NCBI GenBank assembly: GCA_009859145.1
Contig: VRVR01000024.1
Coordinates: 214,870 to 278,869 of the forward strand
From: Andalucia godoyi And28
Taxonomy: Eukaryota; Protista; Jakobida
Direction: 5' to 3'
Length of the DNA stretch: 64,000 nucleotides
Shown here: piece by piece, positions 20,975-31,741 of the stretch
Numbering within the stretch: the first letter of the stretch is position 1
Layout: each line of letters opens with the position of its first letter
Notes under the pieces: model-generated
The model's database searches: none
What the model was told of the DNA's origin: nothing
What the model saw: only the letters and a program-made list of their open reading frames with translations
Translations under genes and position numbers: made by a program

Positions 20975-23900
20975 TTACTCGGGCCACGTGGCCAAAAGTT
21001 CCTCCATCATTGATTTGGTAAGGTTCACTTGCAGAGTCTCGACTGTTTCTGACGTCCGCCGGTACACGATCAGCTGGTGGTCTTTGAACTCATTCAGCAT
21101 CGACCGCAACACAGTCTCGCTGCTCACCAGGAATCGCTCGCGACACTGAATCAGCAAATCATGGAACGACAGCCCGGACTTCAGCTTGGACGACAGATCT
21201 GTTTCAATAAGCAGCTTCAAAACCGATTTTTGATTAAGGGTCAAACTGGCCAAGATAAACCGAATCCCACGATCCACAAGATCCGGTGTAGCGGTCGTCA
21301 CAATCGAACCCGCCTCGACGCCACGATCTCGACGCTCAATGTCATAAAAACCAAATGTTGTCGCCTCGACATGGATCCATCGGAATCGAGAAGCCTTTTG
21401 ATGGTCAAACAACACCGGAGCCGAAACATGGTTTACGGATCCCATCATACGCACATTTTCCTTTGATGCCAATATCGCCAACAGGCTCATGATTTCTCCT
21501 TTGCGCAAATTCTCATGATCCAAGTCGTACACCATAACATAAAGCACGCCTTGACGCGGGAGTTCCTCCAATCCTTCCGGTTGATTGAGCCTCTTTCGAG
21601 TCGAGCGCTTGGATGGCGTACGGTCACGATCCATGGTGCCCGCATCCATGTCCAAGAGATCTGGCTCTTCTCCAGCCAGCACTGCATTGATGGCGTCAAT
21701 AATCCAATGCGCGTTTGCACGAGCTCCAAACTCGTCGTCATCCACCGCTGCTGCCAAAGCCGGATCCAAGTATAGAAGGATGGCACGAAGAGACTTGGTT
21801 AACGAAGTTGCTGTAACAGACTCCCCATGAACAGAAAACAAGTGACCATCGCGAAGACAGCGCTCTCCAAACAAGGTCATCAATCCGCTCTTGTTTCCGT
21901 ATCCTTCCAGCAAGACATTGCTCTTGCAATGCTTCATGTAAAAGGCCCACTCGGAGAACTTCGTGGACGCATACTGCGTAAGGAGATATGTCTGGAACTC
22001 GGAATCGACACGATAATCCGGCCGATCAATGTTAAGAGCTTTTCGACGAAGTGTGGAGGACGCGAGACGCATATCCGCAAGTGTATAGTCCGAAGTCCGC
22101 ACTTTCCCCGTCACGGCATGATTTCGAAAATAGTCGAAATTCCACTTGTGATCATTGTATTCGTACAACAGCACTGGCTTCTGTGTTACGACCTGCTCCG
22201 CCGCGTCGTATGCTGCTTGCTTTTGAGCAGCGTTCTTTGGGGGGTACAGCACATCGAATGGCGGATGCCTGTAAACAATAGATATGCGTCCGGTCAGTGG
22301 CGAGACCTGCCGATACACAAAGAACTGCTTGAGACCTGTGACGGCGTCCCTTTGCAATTTTGCAATCGAGTTCCAGTCAATATTCACAGGACCAGAGCGG
22401 TGAACAATAATCTTTTCCAAAATCGTTTCGCACAGATTCTCATCGACATTATCCGTTTCGAACAGCTCCAGAGGGTGAGTCTTGATGGTCGAGCGTTTAC
22501 CCTCGAACCATGGATCATCAATTCCACAGAGCCACTGCGCTGCGAACCGCGGTTCATCATCCTCTTCGTTGGCATTTTCACTGTCATCGTCGTTTTCGTC
22601 GTCATCAACATCACTGTTCTTCAAGGATCGCTTTCGTCGGTGTCGTGTCGGTCTCTTCTTTTCCAGCTTCTCATCCTTTACACACCGATAAAGATGGTTC
22701 ACAAAAGCCACATACTTGTAAACATCTGGCGGCGTTGGGCGCAAGAAGACTGCATCGCCGACTCGAATTTCCAACTTGTACTTTGCAAGGTAGATTCCTT
22801 CAAAAAACTCTCGGTTTCCAACACGACGAATAGGACTGCCAACCCAGGTGTACCGAAACTCATTTCGGTCCTCTGCCGTCATACCAGCTCTCCGAACACG
22901 AGCCTCCTCGGACTCATCTTCTGAGGAGTCCACATAAAACCTCCAGGACCCAATTTCACTGGGGATGCGCGCTGCAATGTCCTCGTTCTCTTCCAGCTCT
23001 TCGCCATCCTGGTTGAGCGCAGAATCAACAATCTTTCCAGCAGCGCCCTTCCTTCTTTTCATTGCCGGCTCACTAACGGGAGTAGTCGTCTTGCGGTTAT
23101 GTGAAGGCGCGGGCGTCACAGGTTGCGGCGCAGGGATCTTCAGGCTTGACGAAGGCGACATCGAACCGATGCGGTCATTCTTGACGAGAGCCTTCGTAGC
23201 GCTACTCGGCGGAACATACGCAGATTCCTTTTTCTCCTTCAACTTTGGCAAATTCTTAATGAAGGAGCTCTTCTTTGGTTCTGTCGCTGGTTCCTTGGTC
23301 AACTTTGCTCGTTTTGTTCCAGGCGTTCGAACGCCATCACTCGGTACATCTACTGGCACATCTTCAGCACTATCCTCAGACTGTGATGAGGACGACAAAT
23401 CCGAGTCGAAGTGACGAGGTGGTCGAATAATTCTCCCTCTGCTGGATGACTGCAGCACAGTTTTCGGAGGGCTGAGCCGCTTTCTGCTTTCCTTCTCCAA
23501 TCGAACCATGCGCTTCTTTTCCAGCTCATCGTCCTCGCTTTCTGACGGACTCGTTGATTTTGGTTTGGATGGAGTCTTTCTGTGAGCTGCCTCGACACTG
23601 CCGTGCATTCCATCCCCATTATGAACACTCTCATTACCATCCCCATTGCTCGCCCTGCCAACAACCGCGCCCCTTTGCGATTTCTGTTTCCCAGTCGCTG
23701 CAACTTGTGCAAGTGGACAAGCAGCAAGACCCTGCGCACTCGAAGTCGAATGCTGCGCGGTGGTCTCACTCTCAAGGGGAGGTCGCAGGAACGACGGCAA
23801 GGGCACGCGATGGTCTCCAGCTTCAATACCATACTTTTTCGCGAACGGCAGCAATCTCTGCAGATAGTGCTTCCGAATCCAGTACACTCCCGACGTGCAG

Positions 23901-24109
23901 GTTTCGTTCAGTGGAAACTGAGATGCAATTCCCGCCCATGCAGAAATCGCGTCCGAGCCCCCGGCCTGCTGCACAGCAAAGTAGAGTCGCCGAAGATCGA
24001 CCTGACAGCCGCCCAGCGTTGGATTCCACACGGGTGCAGAGATCTTTTGCAATTCGTAGTATGAACGTACAAACGACAGGAACGCCTGGCCATCTTCATC
24101 GTCCCCCAT
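20975..24109 (-). CDS. ORC2: ORC2 with N-terminal ARID and central BAH domains, 1044 aa
   Basis: ARID 'VDLRRLYFAVQQAGG...W..IA..F...IRKHYLQRLLPF'; BAH 'IRVGDAVFLRP...VAFVNHLY...AQWL...ELFETDNVDENLCETI'; ORC2 'NVLLEGYGNK','SVNHVSAP','EATTFGFY','CRERFLVSSETVLRSMLNEFKDHQLI'. Confidence 0.85.
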   Translation of the reverse strand: MGDDEDGQAFLSFVRSYYELQKISAPVWNPTLGGCQVDLRRLYFAVQQAGGSDAISAWAGIASQFPLNETCTSGVYWIRKHYLQRLLPFAKKYGIEAGDHRVPLPSFLRPPLESETTAQHSTSSAQGLAACPLAQVAATGKQKSQRGAVVGRASNGDGNESVHNGDGMHGSVEAAHRKTPSKPKSTSPSESEDDELEKKRMVRLEKESRKRLSPPKTVLQSSSRGRIIRPPRHFDSDLSSSSQSEDSAEDVPVDVPSDGVRTPGTKRAKLTKEPATEPKKSSFIKNLPKLKEKKESAYVPPSSATKALVKNDRIGSMSPSSSLKIPAPQPVTPAPSHNRKTTTPVSEPAMKRRKGAAGKIVDSALNQDGEELEENEDIAARIPSEIGSWRFYVDSSEDESEEARVRRAGMTAEDRNEFRYTWVGSPIRRVGNREFFEGIYLAKYKLEIRVGDAVFLRPTPPDVYKYVAFVNHLYRCVKDEKLEKKRPTRHRRKRSLKNSDVDDDENDDDSENANEEDDEPRFAAQWLCGIDDPWFEGKRSTIKTHPLELFETDNVDENLCETILEKIIVHRSGPVNIDWNSIAKLQRDAVTGLKQFFVYRQVSPLTGRISIVYRHPPFDVLYPPKNAAQKQAAYDAAEQVVTQKPVLLYEYNDHKWNFDYFRNHAVTGKVRTSDYTLADMRLASSTLRRKALNIDRPDYRVDSEFQTYLLTQYASTKFSEWAFYMKHCKSNVLLEGYGNKSGLMTLFGERCLRDGHLFSVHGESVTATSLTKSLRAILLYLDPALAAAVDDDEFGARANAHWIIDAINAVLAGEEPDLLDMDAGTMDRDRTPSKRSTRKRLNQPEGLEELPRQGVLYVMVYDLDHENLRKGEIMSLLAILASKENVRMMGSVNHVSAPVLFDHQKASRFRWIHVEATTFGFYDIERRDRGVEAGSIVTTATPDLVDRGIRFILASLTLNQKSVLKLLIETDLSSKLKSGLSFHDLLIQCRERFLVSSETVLRSMLNEFKDHQLIVYRRTSETVETLQVNLTKSMMEELLATWPE

Positions 24110-24681
24110 CTTACTCCCGTCTTCCCTTCAAAATGTTGTTATCAATCAATCCAACCAATTTCCTGACTCGCCTCCTGTTGCCGGTTGTCGGAACTCTGGC
24201 ATACATCCGAGAGAGTCCACCGATCGAAACTCGGGAACTCCAAAACTCCAAAAACCACAAAAACTCCAAGATGCAGTCTTGCGAAAAAAAAAAGTATGTA
24301 CGTACAGCAGCCGGGCTGTCTATTACCTATCGGGACTTGGGAGATGCACGATGATTTTCGAACAGCGTATTCTTGCATTTATGACCATTTTATTCTTCTT
24401 CCTTCTTCAATCATTGCCGACATTCCTACAATATAAAAAAAAGAAAACCTCTCTACTCCACAATAAAAAACAAAAATTATAATATCAAAAACAAAAGGAA
24501 AAAAAAACGGAAAAAAAAACACAGGCCGTCAAACAGAGAGGAAGACAGAGAGGAAAAGAGAGATCTGCAGTACTTCGAAAAACAGACCGTCTACCTCCCA
24601 AAAACATTCTCTCCATTTCGGTGATTTTTCATTCGATTTTTGATATGGTTCTTGTTTCCTAGAGCTGATGACGGCTTCTCT

Positions 24682-25506
24682 TTAACCGACGACGATTGTG
24701 GTATCTGTAGTGAACTTGTATTCGGGGACCTCGAGATTGAGGGGGGCAGGACCCTTTCTGATTCTTCCCGAGATGTCGTAATGGGAACCGTGGCACGGAC
24801 AGAACCAACCATTGTGGTCACCGGCGTTGTTGATTGGGACACAGCCGAGATGAGTGCAGACACCAAGAACGACGAGCCACTCGGGGCGCTGGACTCGATC
24901 TTCATCCTTTTGCTGATCGCGCATAGGAACAGAATTCTCGCGTCTTGCTTCTTCGATTTCTGCGGCAGTGCGATGGCGAATAAACACGGGCTTTCCACGC
25001 CACTTGACCGTGACGGCCTGTCCTACAGCAATTCCCGAGATATCGACTTCCAATGAAGCAAGGGCGAGCACGTCGGCCGACGCAGACATCGAGTAAATGA
25101 ACTTGAGAGCAAGAAGACGGATCATGGAAGCATACACAAAGCGGCCTCCCGTGAGGACTGCATACGACAGTGCGCGCTTCGACGGGTCTCCGGAATGAGC
25201 ATGACCAACATGGTGCACATGGTAGTCCGCTGGGTTGTAGCCTGCATTTCGGGTTTCCGACGCCGGGTACAAAGCCACAGGTTCCGTGGAGAACGAGCGG
25301 GCCTGGATAGAAGATCCCGAAAACGAGCGGCGAACAGGTGCTGAAAACGGAGACGACACAAGTCCAGCAAGAGAAGCACGCGTCAGTGGGGAAAGCGAAA
25401 CGGAAGACGACGCGCTCGAGGAAAGAGGCGCAAGTCGACCGCAGATGTTGGACGAGGGTTGCGAGCACAGACGAAGAACTGGCCCAAGGACTGTACGGAC
25501 GGACAT
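24682..25506 (-). CDS. UQCRFS1: Mitochondrial complex III Rieske Fe-S protein with presequence, 274 aa
   Basis: [35 protein letters not shown]; S/R-rich N-terminus. Confidence 0.97.
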   Translation of the reverse strand: MSVRTVLGPVLRLCSQPSSNICGRLAPLSSSASSSVSLSPLTRASLAGLVSSPFSAPVRRSFSGSSIQARSFSTEPVALYPASETRNAGYNPADYHVHHVGHAHSGDPSKRALSYAVLTGGRFVYASMIRLLALKFIYSMSASADVLALASLEVDISGIAVGQAVTVKWRGKPVFIRHRTAAEIEEARRENSVPMRDQQKDEDRVQRPEWLVVLGVCTHLGCVPINNAGDHNGWFCPCHGSHYDISGRIRKGPAPLNLEVPEYKFTTDTTIVVG

Positions 25507-25560
25507 TCTTTTCTACGTCGACACCAAGGCTGAACGAACGAAAGGAACAAACCAAGAACC

Positions 25561-25595
<35 letters not shown>

Positions 25596-25923
25596 AGAGA
25601 GAGAAAGACCAGATTAACAAAACCAAAACAAAAAAAAAGAGGGGAAAGATGAGGCATTGGTCTATTTGGGGTGTTCTGGAGAGTGACTTTTTCTTCGTTT
25701 TGTTCTCTCATTTGTTTTTTGTTTTTGCGTTTCGGACTGACATGTCAGCGGATGTCGCCAGGTCGGTCCGCGCCGCTACAACCGTTGTCGCGCTTTTTTT
25801 TTTTTTTTGTTGTTGTTGTTGGGGGGATTCGCGGAATCGGACGGCCTTGTTAGGAGGGAGGGGCGCATTCATTTTTTTATGGATTACACTGCGTACAAAC
25901 GGAGCGGAAAATACATGGGTTGC

Positions 25924-27084
25924 TCAGCTGGATTCGTGTTGAAGGGGACTACCGGCGTCGTTCTGGTCATCAGCTTCTTCTTCCTGCAATTCCACTCCAT
26001 GTTCATGCTGACCCCCTGTTGTTTTATCCGTCTCGGCTTCCGTTTCCGTGGGCTGGCTTTCCCCACCGGAGCCAGGATTCGTATGCCGTGGCCGCTTTGC
26101 AGGCGGGCCACGGAATTCGGCTGCAGTGTTTTGTGTCGTTGCATCTGTTATATTCCGCAACTTCTCCTTTGCCAGTCGCAGCTCTCGCTTCTTTTCATTC
26201 AGCACGACGGCATATGCCTCTACAAGAATTGCGATTTTCCGATCCCAGTCTCCCTTGAGCGTCTCGAGCGCGGCATCCGCCCTCTCTGCCCGATCTGCGG
26301 CTTCTTTCAAGCTCAATGCTGTGCGTCGCTGCTCTCCAAGCTCCTCGCATGTCGCATGCAGCGTCATTCGGATGCCAAACAGTGCGCTTGGCTCTGACCG
26401 AACCGGCTTTAGCTCGATAGAGAACAACAGTAGACGAACAGCTTCGTTTGACGCAGACTTTGACGCATGAAACATGGAGAAGACATACACCGGCTTGTAG
26501 CGCGCACTTTCAAGCACCAACCTACTGACCCACGAATTTGAACTGGGACCGCCTTTGAACTCGACATTATGCTCTTTTGTGGAGCGGTGTGATTCGACGT
26601 ACGGAACCATTCGGACTGGATACGTCGACGTGCGGACAGCGTCGAAGAGATCTATTGTGCTGATTGCAGAAACAAGAAGCTCGACACGAGTTCTGGAGAG
26701 AATGGGACTGAGCAACGTGCATCCCGCATAGATTCTCTTACCATCCGTCACGCTCATCTGCAGCGTGTCCGTCTCTGCGCATCGATGCACGACACACGTA
26801 TACACGCTGTCAATGCAATGCTGAATTTCTGCGGACGACGGGAGACTGGGCATCGCAGTCGACGCCGCACTGGTGTCTGAGGATGACGTGGCCGACAGGT
26901 TGTGTGTGTTGTAACTGAGCGTGGAGAAGGTTGTGATGGAATGGTCGGAGCTCCCAGAAACCACGCTGTCTGATGCAGGCAATCGCAATGGCGATGAGGA
27001 TGCGGGACGAGGTTGAGTTGGCGGTGACAGTGACGATGCAGGCGGAATTGTTCCCAATTGAAGAAACCTAAACACATTCAACAT
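25924..27084 (-). CDS. XRCC4: XRCC4-like NHEJ factor (start uncertain: 27084 or 26853)
   Basis: Head 'MSVTDGKRIYAG'; coiled coil ending 'AYAVVLNEKKRELR' like XRCC4 'FILVLNEKKTKIR'. Confidence 0.7.
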   Translation of the reverse strand: MLNVFRFLQLGTIPPASSLSPPTQPRPASSSPLRLPASDSVVSGSSDHSITTFSTLSYNTHNLSATSSSDTSAASTAMPSLPSSAEIQHCIDSVYTCVVHRCAETDTLQMSVTDGKRIYAGCTLLSPILSRTRVELLVSAISTIDLFDAVRTSTYPVRMVPYVESHRSTKEHNVEFKGGPSSNSWVSRLVLESARYKPVYVFSMFHASKSASNEAVRLLLFSIELKPVRSEPSALFGIRMTLHATCEELGEQRRTALSLKEAADRAERADAALETLKGDWDRKIAILVEAYAVVLNEKKRELRLAKEKLRNITDATTQNTAAEFRGPPAKRPRHTNPGSGGESQPTETEAETDKTTGGQHEHGVELQEEEADDQNDAGSPLQHESS

Positions 27085-27509
27085 TTCCGTGTTTCTTCTT
27101 CTTCTTCTTTCTTTCTTTCAAACTATACAAATCGAACTGAAAAAAGCGCTACGATCAGCATGCAGCGCAGCGCCTGTGTGTGTGCATGTATACAAATGTA
27201 TGTGCGAGTGTGCGAGTGTGCGTGTGTGTGGATGCGTGGATGTGTCACTGCATGGAAATTCCAAGAGGAAAGCATGCAGCAGTGCGCACTCTCTGCGTCT
27301 TGCACTTCCAGGTCGTTTTGCTGGTTCGGGAAACTGCAAAATGATCCGACATTGCAGCATCAACCGATTGATGCTGCTTTTGACAGCGGGAATAAGCTGG
27401 GAAAACTCCCGAAAACCTGTCAGTTTTCTTTTTCTTTCTTTGGTTCTCTCTCATTCTCTCACTCTCTCACTCTCTCACTCACTCTCTCTCGAAGTGGGAA
27501 TTCAGTGCT

Positions 27510-28718
27510 ATGATACCGTTGCACATGCGACCAGCGTCGTCAGCCAATTCGCATGTTCAAGCTTCTGAATACAACAATCGAGCATCGGTGTTGTCGACCG
27601 TCCATGCATCAGCCTCCTCTCCGTCGCCGCCATCCACGCAAATTGATGATTCCCGACGGTCATTTTTGATCATGGCAGCTGGTTCTCTCAGCTTTTCTGT
27701 GTTTTTCTGCATATTGGCAGTCGCTCTTCGCGGATGGCTTCTGTACATTGAACCTCGGTCTGCAGCGAACTCCGACCACGCTCCAACAAGTAACGACCCA
27801 GGAGACGTTTCGCTGCTGTTTGGCTTGTTTTCAGTGGAGCGTGTTGAAAAATCCGATCAAGACGACAAACCACATTCCAAAATCACTTCCATTAAGAACT
27901 GGGAATCGGAGTCACTGTACAATGTAAGCATCGTCACGTGCGTCATTGTTCTTGTTTCGTGTGCCGTGATTTGCATTGTCATTCCATACTGCGTGAAGCT
28001 CGTCAAGATTTCCACATATTCCATGACGGATGATCCGATCAATTCCAGTCCAGCGCCACCGTCGCCACTGTCGCCACCGTCACCTCCTACGAGACAGCCA
28101 ACTGTGCAGCCTGCTGCTGTGAATGCTGTTTTTGCATCTGCAGGCGCGAACAGCAGTGATGGAGATGCAGATGAAGCGGATCATCGCGGTGTTCACATTG
28201 AAACAAACAGCGTTGCCGGTAGCTTGAGTGACCAGAGTGCACAACATGGATGGATGAGGCCCATTGCAAGCATGGAGTCGTATGCAAACGAAGTGATGAA
28301 ACGGTATTCGTTTGCATCGAATCTTTCGGCGTGCTCTGCGATTCTAATGTTTGTCGCGATTCTAGTGTATGTGACATGCAGGCCCACAGATGGCGAGTAT
28401 CTGGGTAATGCACGACCGAACTGGGCCGTGTGGCTTGTTGCGACCGCAGGTGCCTTTGGGGCCATTACCAGTATTTTGATTCTGCATGCGAGAAGGAAAG
28501 CCCGTGATATGGCAGATATGGAGATCGAGATTGCCACCGAAACGCTGTCGCTGTCACACGGATTTCTCTTGTCGAGTCCGGGATCCGCCGGCAGTCAGGA
28601 CTGGAGAGGCAGTGTGTATATTGCAGAAGTTGGAAACTGGGATTCGATTCCCACCGTTATTTATTCAGACCGTTCGAAGACCTATAGTAGTCGTAGCCGT
28701 CACCAAGAGCCGTCTTGA
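27510..28718 (+). CDS. Four-TM protein, claudin/PMP22-like, 402 aa
   Basis: TM1 followed by W...'FGLF', three further helices, 'NWAVWLVA' before TM4. Confidence 0.5.
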   Translation: MIPLHMRPASSANSHVQASEYNNRASVLSTVHASASSPSPPSTQIDDSRRSFLIMAAGSLSFSVFFCILAVALRGWLLYIEPRSAANSDHAPTSNDPGDVSLLFGLFSVERVEKSDQDDKPHSKITSIKNWESESLYNVSIVTCVIVLVSCAVICIVIPYCVKLVKISTYSMTDDPINSSPAPPSPLSPPSPPTRQPTVQPAAVNAVFASAGANSSDGDADEADHRGVHIETNSVAGSLSDQSAQHGWMRPIASMESYANEVMKRYSFASNLSACSAILMFVAILVYVTCRPTDGEYLGNARPNWAVWLVATAGAFGAITSILILHARRKARDMADMEIEIATETLSLSHGFLLSSPGSAGSQDWRGSVYIAEVGNWDSIPTVIYSDRSKTYSSRSRHQEPS

Positions 28719-28754
28719 TTTTGTACAGAAGAAAGAAAACTACATGAAAGCCCG

Positions 28755-29073
28755 GTTGCAAGCAGGTGAGCCTTAACGTCCATCGTTTTGCGGGCATAAG
28801 CAAACCACGCCTCGTTTTTTAAAAATTTTAATGAGCATATGCCACAACTTGTTATCCTTATCACTCGCGCTTTGCCCTCGTTATTCCGACGCCCCGTTCT
28901 GTCCGTCACGTTTGGGTCGAGATTAGAACGGTGCACAACATCTCTCTGAAGAATGCCTCGGCGTACTCGGGGCCTACCGCGCCCTTCTGAATTGATTTCA
29001 CAGTCGATTCGGATGCAAGACCGCATATGACTGGTCAGCAATGATTCGCCATGCAGCGTGTACATTGTAGGCG
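28755..29073 (+). mobile_element. Non-autonomous Fanzor/TnpB-like relic C (about 320 bp; left end tentative)
   Basis: 'FCPS...GRD*NGA-(fs)-NISLKNA' (28897-28957); GGGGCCTAC; GGATGCAAGAC; end GTGTACATTGTAGGCG at 29073. Confidence 0.8.
28948..29073 (+). ncRNA. Predicted omega-RNA scaffold of relic C
   Basis: Colinear with 60083-59969; stems UGAAUUGA/UCGAUUCG and GGUCA-GCAA-UGAUU; CCUAC/GUAGG complementarity. Confidence 0.65.
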
Positions 29074-29246
29074 AAGATTCATGAAAAACATCAAAAACTC
29101 AGTTTCTTCTCATTGGGCGTGTGAGCTCAGAGGACGTTCCGCATTTTTTATTGATTGCTTGATGAATGCTCTTCTCTCGCTCTGTGTGCATGTACGTACG
29201 TACGTATGTGTATGTGTGTATGTGTGTATGTGTGCACGTGCATGCC

Positions 29247-29897
29247 TTATGAACTCGGGTGAGTGTCGGCTGGAACTGAGCGGGAATACTGGGGCACCAT
29301 TCTGTCGTATGGAAGCGCGATGAACGGCGACGAGAACAGCCAATCGGCAGTGCTCGAATTGGTAGCAACCGGCACATTCCACACCGACGTCAGTCGCAGC
29401 AGTGCTTTTACATCCGGATCATGTGGCTGCGTCTCGAGAGGGTCCCAGAAAAACACGAGCATATCTACGTGACCTTCAACAATCTGCAACAAGCAAGTGA
29501 AATGCACCACGCCATGGCCGCACAAGAAGAAAGAAGAAGAAGAAAAAAAGGAATGAAAGAAAAAGAAGCGTTGGTTACACGAAACAACAATATGATGCAA
29601 CTAAAGAGATGAAGGGAAGAAAAAATAATTTTCTGCAAAGAAGCATACGAGTGCACCGATTTGCTGGTCGCCTCCCAGCGGACCTGACTGCAAGCGCTTC
29701 ACAGGAAGCCCCAGTTCGTTCTGAATGATCCCACCAGTAGTTCCAGTGGCACACAGCGTATGCAGCTCAAGCTGCGATCGGTGTTTTTTGCACCAGTTCA
29801 CCAGTTCCTGCTTGCGATGATCATGTGCAACGAGTGCAATGCTCTTTTTCGCAGGAATCTGCGAAGCCAGAAACGTCAACGAAGAACTCGTACTCAT
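29247..29897 (-). CDS. mgsA: Methylglyoxal synthase, bacterial type, two exons (29897-29649; 29483-29247), 161 aa
   Basis: [24 protein letters not shown] | [17 protein letters not shown]; phase-0 intron GTATGC...TTGCAG (29648-29484). Confidence 0.93.
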
Positions 29898-30192
29898 GTC
29901 CTCGATCCTACGAAAAATATTCCTTGTTCGCAGCAATTGGTATCCTTTCCTCCCCCACCCAACAACAACGGCAACAACAGCAGCGACAGAGCCTGCTCAC
30001 CCAAACCACGAATTACACAGCTCCATGCGCCTGCGGAATCGGGGATTTGTTTCATCGGACCTTCCCTCTCTGTAGCGCATCGTTCGTAGTATGCATCTCA
30101 ATGACTGGGACCCATCCCTTTTGCTGATTGTCGTCAGTCACGCAGGGTGTCTGGTTGGCTATGAGAGTGTGTGGCGTGGAAAAGGCACAGCC

Positions 30193-31449
30193 ATGCGAAG
30201 CGGGACCGAGATGCGGACACTGCAGGTGTTGTTTGTGGTTGGTGCGCTGGTTGGTGCGCTGGTTGGTGTTGGTGCGGTGCATGCGAGCTCGCAGTGTGTT
30301 ATTACCGACTACGGCGCCGTTGGGGACGGAAAGACAGATTGCATGGTTGCGATCCTCAAGGCGATTGCGGCGTGCGCGGGGAATGTTCAGACTCCTGTCG
30401 TGGTTCCCAGTGGTGAATTTCTGAGCTCGCCATTCAACCTGACTTCAAATCTCGCACTTGTTTTTGAGAAGAATGCAAAGCTGGTCGCGGTGTCAGATGC
30501 AAGTGCGTATCCGGTTGTTGCTCCGTTGCCTTCGTATGGAGCTGGCAGAGAATCCAAGTACTATCGGTATGCTCCTTTTGTGGGTTGTTACGAGTGTACG
30601 AATCTTTACATCCTGGGCCACGGAGATGGATCTTCTGTGATTGATGGATCTGGGGATTCCTGGTGGCTCGCGCATCGGGAAAAGAAGCTCACGATCACTC
30701 GGCCGCACTTGATGGAGATTGCATACTCGAAAAACATACACATTGAAGGGATCAAGCTTGCAAACAGTCCTTTTTGGACTCTTCATCCGTATGTGTGCGA
30801 CCAGGTCGTAATTCGCAACGTGCATACGTTTGCACCGGCCGTTAGTCCAAACACCGACGGCATTGACCCGGACTCGAGCACGAATGTTCTCATTGAGAAC
30901 TGTCTGCTGGAAGCTGGCGATGACGCGATCTCCATCAAGTCCGGGATCAACGAGTGTGGGCGAGCGTACGGACGGCCGTCGGCGAACGTTACCGTTCGAA
31001 ACTCCTTCTTTGGACCGTCCTTGGGTTTTGCGATCGGGTCGGAAATGTCTGGAGACGTGTACAATGTGACTGTCGAGCACTGCACTTTCTCAGGAAGTGT
31101 GAACGCTATCCGTTTTAAGACGGGCCGCGGGCGAGGCGGCCGAATGTTTGACATTGCATTTCGAAACAACACGGTTGACGGTGTCGCACAAGCTATCTTT
31201 GTCAACGAGTACTACGCGCATGTCGATCACCAGCTTCCACCAGTCGAAACACCTCGCCTGTATAATGTCGAAATCACCGGTCTTCGGGGAGTAGCCGTAG
31301 AAGCCGGTACGTTTGCTTGCTTGCCAGAGGCTCCGTGCCAGTTTGTTCTCAGGGACATCGAAATTGCTGCGCCTGTGGGATTCAAGTGTGAAAATGCCAC
31401 TGGTTCTGCGTCGAGTGTGTTTCCAAAGAGCTGCCTTGTCCCTTCTTGA
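30193..31449 (+). CDS. Secreted GH28 polygalacturonase-like enzyme (start 30193 or 30211)
   Basis: Signal peptide; SPFWTLHP, PNTDGIDPDSS, GDDAISIKSG, IGSEMSG, RFKT. Confidence 0.9.
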   Translation: MRSGTEMRTLQVLFVVGALVGALVGVGAVHASSQCVITDYGAVGDGKTDCMVAILKAIAACAGNVQTPVVVPSGEFLSSPFNLTSNLALVFEKNAKLVAVSDASAYPVVAPLPSYGAGRESKYYRYAPFVGCYECTNLYILGHGDGSSVIDGSGDSWWLAHREKKLTITRPHLMEIAYSKNIHIEGIKLANSPFWTLHPYVCDQVVIRNVHTFAPAVSPNTDGIDPDSSTNVLIENCLLEAGDDAISIKSGINECGRAYGRPSANVTVRNSFFGPSLGFAIGSEMSGDVYNVTVEHCTFSGSVNAIRFKTGRGRGGRMFDIAFRNNTVDGVAQAIFVNEYYAHVDHQLPPVETPRLYNVEITGLRGVAVEAGTFACLPEAPCQFVLRDIEIAAPVGFKCENATGSASSVFPKSCLVPS

Positions 31450-31741
31450 TGCTCGACACTCACTCGCAGATTGCTCAATGCCACTCGCACTCGCACAGTC
31501 GCTCGACAATCGCTGTCGCTGCCCAGCGCCCACCCCCAGTTGTCGTCGTGTTTTCTTGTCCCACGCCCCGACACCATTTTTCGGCCTGCTGTAAGCATCC
31601 GAGTGAGTCCGTTTTTCCCTCCTCCTTTCATGCGCATTATTCGTGTTCCCGAACCGAGTCGCACTGAATCTTTTATTTGTACTTTAAATTTATTTTATTT
31701 AATTGTTCTCATTGAAGTTGAAAAATTTTAATTAAAAAAAG

